Of a stretch of DNA of 64,000 bases, positions 54,311 through 64,000 are shown one piece after another. A program made the position numbers and the translations under genes. The DNA is taken from contig OX597837.1 in the NCBI GenBank assembly GCA_951406725.2, forward strand, positions 1,240,001 through 1,304,000, written 5' to 3'. The DNA comes from Octopus vulgaris. Lineage: Eukaryota. Below the pieces are notes generated by a model. The model worked only from the letters and a program-made list of their open reading frames with translations, was not told the DNA's origin and searched no databases. Position 1 is the first letter of the stretch; every line of letters starts with the position of its first letter.

Positions 54311-54871
54311 GTATACTTAGCGGTATTTCGTCCGTTCTTATATTCCGACTTCAAATTCTGTTGAGATCGACTTCGCCTTTCATTCTTCCGTTGAGTACTG
54401 AGGTTGATCTAATCGATTGTCTCTTCCATAAATTTCCAGCCTTGTGCCTATAATAGAAAGGATTATTATCATTGTTATATCAACGTAAATGGGAACAGGG
54501 TGGAAGAATTTTGTTTAAAAGTATTATGAAGCTGAAATTAAATATATATTTTTGCCGTCTGAGTCACTATTATAGTTTCTCATCTTTAATGAAATATTAT
54601 AAACACTCTGCGCATTGTGCTATATATCTTTCGTTTCAATATATAATTCTAGATGTTTATGTACGTGTTTGGACTTGTTTATATATACATACATACATAC
54701 ATGGGTACACACACCAACCCATAAACACAAGCACTAAATATTTGATTTTCTTCAAATAGTTATGTGTATATATATTGATATGTATATATGTACGTATCCC
54801 TCTATCACTCTTTTGAAATATATATATATATATATATATATGCATCTATCTATATAGATAGATGTAGATAT

Positions 54872-54968
<97 letters not shown>

Positions 54969-55686
54969 CATACATACATATATACATATATATATATATA
55001 CATACCGCGTGTCTATGTTGTGAGTATATAACGTATATCAAACGAAGGTAATAATAATTTTTCAGCCAAAATTTATGAAACTTTATTCCCCAAATCCAAA
55101 ACAGAACACAAAACTCTATTGTCAGAACACTTTCCAATAACTTCCATGCCTCATTCCAACACCATCCAACACCACCACCACACGCACTCTTTCCACCATA
55201 CACACACACACACACACACTACATCACCAAAATCTCTGTTTGGTAGTTGTATATGTTTTTCCATGGCCGATCTTCTTTTTGTTACCAATTTTAACATGGT
55301 TGCTATTGCAATCATCGCTGTCTATTGTTATATATCTTATCTCCTACGTTTTCATCATTATATCCTGTATCTATATTTTGTAATATCATATTTAATATTA
55401 CTTCATTTTACTTATTACTTCCACAACGTGTCGCATTTTCAGTCGTTTTCCAGGTTTTCTATATTATTTTTTTCCTACTTATTTTTGTCTTATTTTATAT
55501 TTTTCATTTTCGAAATGATTTCATTTCAATATACATTGTTTTGGCTTTGTTGTTTTTGTTATTATGAACATTATTATTGTTGTTCGTATTTTTATGGTTA
55601 TAATAATTTTTATTATTGTTAACGATGCTATTATTATAATAATAATAATGCTAATAATATAATAGAAATTATTACTATTATTTTTT

Positions 55687-55804
<118 letters not shown>

Positions 55805-56496
55805 TATTATCTTCGCGTAATAAAGTTTGTCATTTTCCCTCTTCATCTTATTTTTTATTCTTTTTTTTTTCCATTTTTCATTCAGCCATCTTTCATCTTA
55901 TTGAGCCAAAACCAAAAATAAAATAAATAAAGCCAAAAAATACAAACAATCAACAAACATACAAAAAAGCAAACAAACAAAACGACTGGATTAACATACA
56001 AAGTTTACAGAATATTTTTAGCATCGCCGCCATTTTATCATTTTTTTTTCTAGGAAGATTTTCCTCTTCCTTCGCAGTAATTCTGCTTTTTTGCATAAGG
56101 GAACGAAGCATCGGCGGAGGTGTACGTTTTATATATTTCCATCTTGCCTTTTCCCTTCTCGTATATATATATATACATAACTAATGTATATTAGTTCTAC
56201 AACTCACTTCTATCTTCATTGTAAGTTATTCCTCTGCAGTTTGTCTCCTCATCGCCCATCTTCTTTGCTCAAACACTCAGCTATTCATTCAGTTCAACGT
56301 ACGTACACACACACACAGACACACACTCACACACATATATATATATGTAGAGACACACTACCGATTAATGTACACACATATCCACACAACCATCCTATTA
56401 TACACCAGCACACACTCACACACTTTTATGTATAAAGACATAAACATTCAATTATACACATATATATATACATAAACATGGCCATGAAATTATACA

Positions 56497-56646
56497 CCAT
56501 CTCTCTCAAACACACCGCGTCTGTTTTTCCCTCTCGATTTCCTCACTCAATGAATCTCTTACATTTACTCTTAACACTCAACCATTCAGTCCTACACTCA
56601 CTCACTCACCCTTTCATTTAATCCATTACTCATTCACTCACGTATT
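56497..56646 (+). repeat. About 150-bp direct duplication (partner 58153-58294)
   Basis: ccatctctctca.acacaccgcgtctgttttt...caatgaatctcttaca...tccattactcattcactcac in both copies. Confidence 0.85.
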
Positions 56647-56648
56647 AT

Positions 56649-56699
<51 letters not shown>

Positions 56700-56806
56700 C
56701 ACCTTTACAGCCATTCAATGTACACTAACATATATATAACCTTTCAAATATACACCGTTATATATATATATATATATATATAACCTACCAACTATACATC
56801 AATATA

Positions 56807-56850
<44 letters not shown>

Positions 56851-57199
56851 TGCATAAATATAATTTTTCAAATATACACTAATATTATACACTAATATAA
56901 TAGATATGCGATCAAAACAATAGTTACACACCAGCATATACAATTTGTGAAAATATATGTCGCTTCGCAGACGTTTTCGTTTTCTTTTTTCGTTTTTTTT
57001 ACTATCGCAACCATTTTGTTTCTCTACGTTCTTGCTTCTGTCGCGTTTTATTTTTCGTTTTGTTTTAGCGGATTCGTGGGGGTTGGAGGTGGAGACTACA
57101 TGTTCTTCAATGTTGCTTTGTAGTGTTAATTTTCCTGATCCACTTTCGAACTTTCGAATCTGTTTCCGTATCTTGCCTCACCCCGCCAAACACGTACAT

Positions 57200-57258
<59 letters not shown>

Positions 57259-58579
57259 AAAGCAAAAAATCCTGAACGAAACAGGAACAAAGTTGCACAT
57301 CTCCATAGACAATTTGTAAAATATTTTTCGTTGCAGCTATTTTTTTTACATTCGAATATCGGCCATGATTTTTTTTTCTCTTTGTCTCTCTTTTTTTAAA
57401 AAAACTAACGGGAAGTGGGTGTGGTATGACTTCACATCCACATGTTCTTCTCATCTTTTGCTTTCTTATGTTTATTTTACTTAGCCACTGTTTCGTACAT
57501 AGATTTTTTTTTTACATCATTCTGTCTCAATTCAGGTTTCTTGCTTTGCTATTTTTTCTGCTATCATTTTGTTCTTCATCGTTTCGTATTATCGTCTTCC
57601 TTTATTTTTTATTCTATTGCAATTTTCCTTTCTTTCTCTCTTTTTTTACTATTCTTTTTTCTTATTTTCTTATATTTTCTCTCTACTTTTTATCGTCTTT
57701 TTCCATCTTTTATCTTGTCTTTTCTCCTTTAATCTTCTGCATTTATTTATTTATTTATATATTTATTTATATTTTTGTTATTACTTTACCTTTGAGGTAA
57801 TTGATAACACCAAAGAAAACCAACAACAAACTAACACACTAAACAAAGCAAACAGACAAATACTCAACAAGGAGAGAAAGAGACCCGAGAGTTAAGAGTT
57901 CGATCTTGTGCTGTGAGTTTCGTTTCAGAGAATAATCTGAGTCTCGCGTTAACTCTTCTACATCACACAAGTCTTTTTTTCATGAGAAATATATTAGTAT
58001 AAGCATTCTATGACATCCTCTCTTTTAACCCTACCCCTTCCTTCCTTCCTTCCTTCCTCACTCACTATCACACTAACATTCCCTCGTGTTCATACTTTCT
58101 TAATGTCACGTTGTCTGTCAGGCTGTTAGTCTACCTCGCCTCATCTTTCTTTCCATCTCTCTCATACACACCGCGTCTGTTTTTCTCTCTCGATTTACTC
58201 AATGAATCTCTTACACTCACACTTAACACTCAATCATTTACTCCTACACTCACCCACTCTTTCATTCAATCCATTACTCATTCACTCACATATTCAGCCA
58301 ATCTCAACTTCGCACATTCAGTTTGTCACACACCCAACAATACACACACACACACACACACACATACACACACACACAAACACACACACATGCACGCAAA
58401 CACACACACTCACGCAAGCGCACAAACTCACTCACTCATTCACACATACGCACGCGCGTGCAAACTCTCACACCCACTTACTCAACCCCCCCACACACAC
58501 AAACACAAACACATACATGCACGCAAACACATACTCACGCAAACTCACACACACACTCATACGCGCACACACATACACA

Positions 58580-58613
<34 letters not shown>

Positions 58614-58719
58614 AATGCACGCACACACATGTACACAGTTCAGCAAAAACCACGCATAAACGCTGAGATAAAACACATAGGGTTTGTAACCAAGGTTGAA
58701 ATCTTTAAGTTATGAATAC

Positions 58720-58835
58720 AGTATTAAGCGATACTATCGACACCAGTATATAACTGTTACTTTATTTTATCCACCCAGAAACGATGAAAGGTAATGTTCA
58801 CCTGGGCGATATTTGAACCCGGAACGTTAGAAACT
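58720..58835 (-). mobile_element. SINE family A fragment
   Basis: atcgacaccagt..tactttattttatc..gatgaaagg..atttgaac; similar minus-strand fragments at 60457-60600 and 63305-63400. Confidence 0.65.
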
Positions 58836-58875
58836 GGAAGGAATAATACAAAGCATTGACGTTCACTCACGCACG

Positions 58876-58924
<49 letters not shown>

Positions 58925-59109
58925 GCACGCACACACACACGCGCGCAAACACACACACACACACGCACACACACAAATACATTCATACAGATTCATGCGA
59001 CAGCACAAGTAAAACAAACATACATACAACGCACGTAAATATGCAAATACATGTATACACGCACATATTCATGTGTGTGTGTGTGTGTGTATCGACAGAT
59101 ACACACACA

Positions 59110-59140
<31 letters not shown>

Positions 59141-60051
59141 CTGAAGACATTTCGCATTAAACAAAGGAAAGCAATAAGGCAATCACATTTGTACACATAT
59201 TCACATGTGCATTCATACACATTCATACAAATATGCATACATACAAGAATATACATACATACATGCATATATGCCTACATTCATAATTACGTTTACATAC
59301 ATACACACATACATGCATACATACATACATATATACATACATACATACATACGTACATACATACATACATGGATACACATGCATACATACGTTTTCATAT
59401 ATGCCTGCATACATATATACGTACATACATACGTTTACGTATATGCCTACATACATATATAGAAAGCTGAACCATGGATACATCTATTCACAAAACTACA
59501 AACGCTCGCCTTCGGTCTCTCTCACCCCCTCTCTGTCTCTCCCTCCCTGTTCCTCTCTCCTCTCTCTGCTTCTCTCTCTCTACCCTCCCTGTTCCCCTTC
59601 TAAATCTTTGCCCCTCTCTCCTTTCTCTCTCTTCCTGTCTCTGTCTGTCACACATACGTACCTGCACACATACAGATGCAAACACTAGCATGAACATACA
59701 TCCACACATTCTAAATTCTTGTCACCCTCCATTTGTCATTCATTTCGCTACCCTCACCTTGAGCCCCCCCCCCCAGTGAACCGCCATGTTACACCGTATG
59801 CGCCATCTTTAATAACTCAAGAATAACTCTGATCTCAAAGCAAACATTCCACCAACCCACCCACACGCACACATACACAAATACTACATTAAATATATGT
59901 GTACATGTATACGCACGTCTGTCATCATGGCGTCTTTTCCAATATGTCGTCTCTATCTTGATGTTTATTTGGCTGACACTCGTCTCACGTTTTCTATATT
60001 CTGTTTCGGTCTGTCTGCCTCCCTTTCTCACACTTACTGTCTACCAGTCTT

Positions 60052-60124
<73 letters not shown>

Positions 60125-60162
60125 ATATCTATCTATCTATCTATCTATTCTATACGTGTGTT

Positions 60163-60209
<47 letters not shown>

Positions 60210-60814
60210 CATCCCATTCATTACCCCGTCTCTTTTTACCTCTATCTCTTCCTGGATTTTATTTACCGTTCAAAGGGCCAGTCTGGTTGAATTGCGTCAA
60301 GATATTTCAACCTGATAAAAGGCATCATGTATACACGTATCTAAGGAACACTCAGCCAGTTGCACATTTAATTTCACGAGTAGAAATTCTGTGAGTCAAA
60401 CAACTCCCTGCTCATCGTCGAAACCGACGATTAATTCACACCAACAACATATATTGATTTGGCACCAGATCCGCAATTTTGAGGCGGGGCTAAGTCGATT
60501 ACTTTGACCGCAGTGTGCAGCTGTGCTTACTTTATCGATCCTGACATGATGGAAAGCAAAGTCGACCTCGGCGGAATTTGAACCCAAAGCGTAAAGATAG
60601 ATGAAACATCTACAAAATATATTTATAATAATATTTCTTCTAAATATTCCTGGATACTTTCGTGAATACTTATATGCACATACATGCACATATCTACATA
60701 CATGTACGTACAAATATATACACATAAATACACACACATACATACGCACACGCAATCACATGTATTTGTATATATATATATATATATATATACAAATATA
60801 CACACACATCCAAC

Positions 60815-60960
60815 AGATGTCTTCAGTTTTCGTCTACCAAATTCACTTATAAGACTTTGGTCTGCCCGAGGCTATAGTAGAAGACATTTGCCCAAAGTAT
60901 GAGGCAGTGGGGCTGAACCAGGAACCATGTGTTTGGAAAGCAAGCGTCTAACCACACAGG
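60815..60960 (-). mobile_element. SINE family B, 5' part
   Basis: cgtctaccaaattcact..ctttggtc..gaggctatagtagaagaca..ctgaaccaggaaccatgtg. Confidence 0.8.
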
Positions 60961-61144
60961 TTGATAGTGTTACCTGATATTACAATGTTGCAGAGAATTC
61001 AGTGAACAGCGTCTTTTCACGAGGGAGATGTCTCGACTTGGAAATATTGAAATATCAGGGGAAATTATCAACCTGTAACATTTCTAGAAATCGGATTGTT
61101 TTTGGCTTTCCAAAATATAATCAAAATCTTATATATACATAATA

Positions 61145-61300
61145 GTGAATCCAAACAAAGAAGAACAAACAAGAAAAAACAATAACGCGAGGACGTGGTA
61201 CAGGTATTGTGTTATCAGACGCTCAGGAAAGGAAGGAAAGAGGATTTAACATTTCGAGTCAAGCTCTTCTTCAGAAATAGAGGAAAGTCCAAAGGAAGGG
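61145..61300 (-). mobile_element. Penelope-type pLTR-like repeat with minimal hammerhead (61244-61278)
   Basis: Reverse complement auuu-CUGAAGA-A-GAG-cuuga-CUC-GAAA-UGUU-aaau; homologous to 35780-35925. Confidence 0.6.
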
Positions 61301-61307
61301 AAGACGA

Positions 61308-61560
61308 TGTTTGTGCGCCCCTTTCAATGTTTGCCAGAAGGTTTGCAAATCTAACGGAGGCCTCAAAAGACATTTTAAAATCCACAATGATCAGGACTTA
61401 ACTGAAGCTCTTGGTGGTCCAGATCGGATATACAACCTATATGGGTGCTTTTTCAGAACATTGTCTAGTTTAAAAAGCCACATCAGATGCCATTGATGGT
61501 GTTAAGGTGTAGGTGCAGGAGTTGGTCAAACTCTGCGTAAGGAGTAGACAACCACCATAC
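61308..61560 (+). mobile_element. Probable LINE (RTE-type) 3' end with two degenerate C2H2-like fingers
   Basis: FNVCQKVCKSNGGLKRHFKIH and YNLYGCFFRTLSSLKSHIRCH*, short 3' UTR, then microsatellite; no TGEKP linker; ligand cysteines lost. Confidence 0.6.
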
Positions 61561-61743
61561 ATATACATTTATATATGTGTGTATATGCCAATGCTGCAAG
61601 AAAAAATTGCTAATATAATATGTGTGTGTATGTGTGTATACATATGTATGTTTATATGTACGTGCATATATGTGTATGTGTTCATATATATAGATCTATC
61701 ATTTACTCGAATTTTTCAATCATCTTTTTCTTCATAACCCACG

Positions 61744-61828
<85 letters not shown>

Positions 61829-61832
61829 GTCC

Positions 61833-61920
<88 letters not shown>

Positions 61921-62041
61921 TTGTTCCCTCTCCCTTATTTAATATTTCCATCACATTCCGACAAACACTATTCCCCCTCTCCCCATTCCTCTCCCCTTCT
62001 GTATCTTTTTATATCAAATATTTAATGCTGGTTCCTTACCT

Positions 62042-62076
<35 letters not shown>

Positions 62077-62214
62077 CCTCCCTCCACCACCCACACACCG
62101 ACTCGCTTGATGGCTTTAAAACTCCCCACACCCCGCCACACAACCTCACACATTGATGCAGAAACGGAAACATGCATACAAACATGCACGTGCGTTAATA
62201 CAATCACAGACAAA

Positions 62215-62308
<94 letters not shown>

Positions 62309-62360
62309 CCTCTGTATGCACAAGTATAAACAGACAGACCCAGCGACAAACATATACATA

Positions 62361-62522
62361 GGTGCAGGCGTGGTAAGAAGCTTGCTTCTGAACCATTTGA
62401 TCCTGGGTTCAGTCGCACCGCGTGGCACCTTGGCCAAGTGTCTTCAGCTATAGCCTCGGTCAACCCAAAGCCTTGTGAGTGAATTTGGTAGACGGAACCT
62501 GAAAGAAGCCCGTCATATATAG

Positions 62523-62577
<55 letters not shown>

Positions 62578-62754
62578 TCTCCCCACTTGACATCGGATGT
62601 TGGTGTGTTTACGGACCCGTAATTTGGCGGTTCGGCAAAGAAGACCGATAAAATAAGTATTAGGCTTATTAAAAAAGGTCCTGGGGTCGATTTGTTCGAC
62701 TAAAGGCGGTGCTCCAGCAAGACCACAGTCACATAACTGAAACAAGGATAAAGG
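62361..62754 (+). mobile_element. SINE family B, full length
   Basis: ggtgcaggcgtggtaagaagcttgc...(TG)n...ggcggtgctccagca..ctgaaacaag. Confidence 0.9.
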
Positions 62755-62904
62755 TATACGTACTTCTATGTTCATGCAATATACACACACGTACCTAGAC
62801 ATTTTCAGACACACTTCGAGACGACCAATGCCAGTTACGAAGTTCAGACCCCTGCTCACATATACGCATTCTTACTTACCTCCCAAACACCTATACAGAT
62901 AACT

Positions 62905-63250
62905 ATGTGGTAAGAAGCTTGCTCTCCAACCACTTTGTTCCGAGTTCAGTCCTACTGCATGGCACCTTGGGCAAGTGTCTTCTACAATATCCTCAAACCG
63001 ACCAAATCCTCGTAATTGAATTTGGTAGACGGAAACTGAAAGAAACCTTTCGTATGTGTGTGTGTATTTGTTCTCATTGACAATCGCTGTTAGTCTATTT
63101 ACGTCTCCCTAACTGAGCAGTTTAGCAAAAGATACCGTTGGAATATGTTGCATGCTTCGTTAAAAAGAAGTACTTGAGTTAATTCATTGAACTAAAACCG
63201 TTGTTGGTATGTTTGCGTTCCCGTAAGTTAGCAGTTCGGCAAAAGCGATA
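62905..63250 (+). mobile_element. SINE family B, diverged
   Basis: tgtggtaagaagcttgc..gagttcagtcc..ggcaccttgggcaagtgtcttctac..ggtagacggaaactgaaagaa. Confidence 0.8.
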
Positions 63251-64000
63251 TACTCTTATATAACTAATCAAACACATACATGATCATTCGTATTCTTGCA
63301 TGCCAGTCGATTAGATGGACCCCAGTACGCAACAGGTACTTAATTTATCGACCTCGAAAGGACGAAAGGCAACGTCCACCTCGGCGGCATTTGAACTCAA
63401 AACACAACATATATAGTCAACCAGTCACACACCAACCTTCAGTTACAGGAGACGACAAAGGTGTCTTTACATGGTCAGTCAGCATAATATGCTAGAAATA
63501 ACAGTCACATCGTACTCATCTCATCCCTTGCCCTGGTATCTTAAAAGCTGGAGGAACGTGCTAGACAATGTAGTTCTTGATTGACTAAGCTCAATAAAAT
63601 ATGGGATATCGATGAATGGAATGTCTTTGATCATAAGACACCGATCAACATCGAACGAGCTTTAAACAACAGCAACAACGATCAACAGACACACGCAAGT
63701 ACTAAGACACACATATATAGAGACACACACTCACATACAATGTCTATGCATACATACACACACATAACGATACATATACCTACCTACCTACATACATACA
63801 TGTATATATGTAGAAACATATATACATATATGCATACTTATATACACATACACACTCACATATATATATTTATACATATATATATATATACTTACATATA
63901 CATATATATATTTATACATACATATTATATATTTATACATATATATATATTTTTTTTTTATATATATATATATTTATACATACATATACATATATATATT

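Noticed and set aside
57540-57802. Second AG|GT juxtaposition (tttgag|gtaatt) after a long AG-free tract
   Set aside because: GAG is a poor acceptor and the donor is weaker; the tract is generic T-rich low complexity.

Overview
AT-rich, microsatellite-saturated eukaryotic DNA. The SINE repertoire resembles my recollection of octopus (coleoid cephalopod) repeats; this is inference and was not searched. I find no convincing intact host protein-coding exon, rRNA, true tRNA gene or CRISPR array. Almost all ORFs in the supplied track are read-throughs of (TA)n, (CA)n, (TATG)n, (TATC)n or (ATT)n repeats, so the window looks intronic or intergenic. It holds many copies of several tRNA-headed SINE families, decayed Penelope-like, RTE and R4/Dong-like LINE fragments, two non-autonomous Helitron-like elements and two Tc1/mariner-pogo-type MITEs. 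The best leads are: (1) a composite element with a tRNA-like head, an (AAT)n spacer and a tail carrying a well-formed minimal hammerhead ribozyme, in a head-to-head inverted arrangement (18720-19878), plus several other Penelope-type hammerhead or fold-back repeats; (2) a candidate recursive splice site (AG|GTAAGT after an AG-free pyrimidine tract) at 20025-20032; (3) (TAA)n-associated retroelements and locally templated duplications. Element boundaries are read by eye and are approximate.
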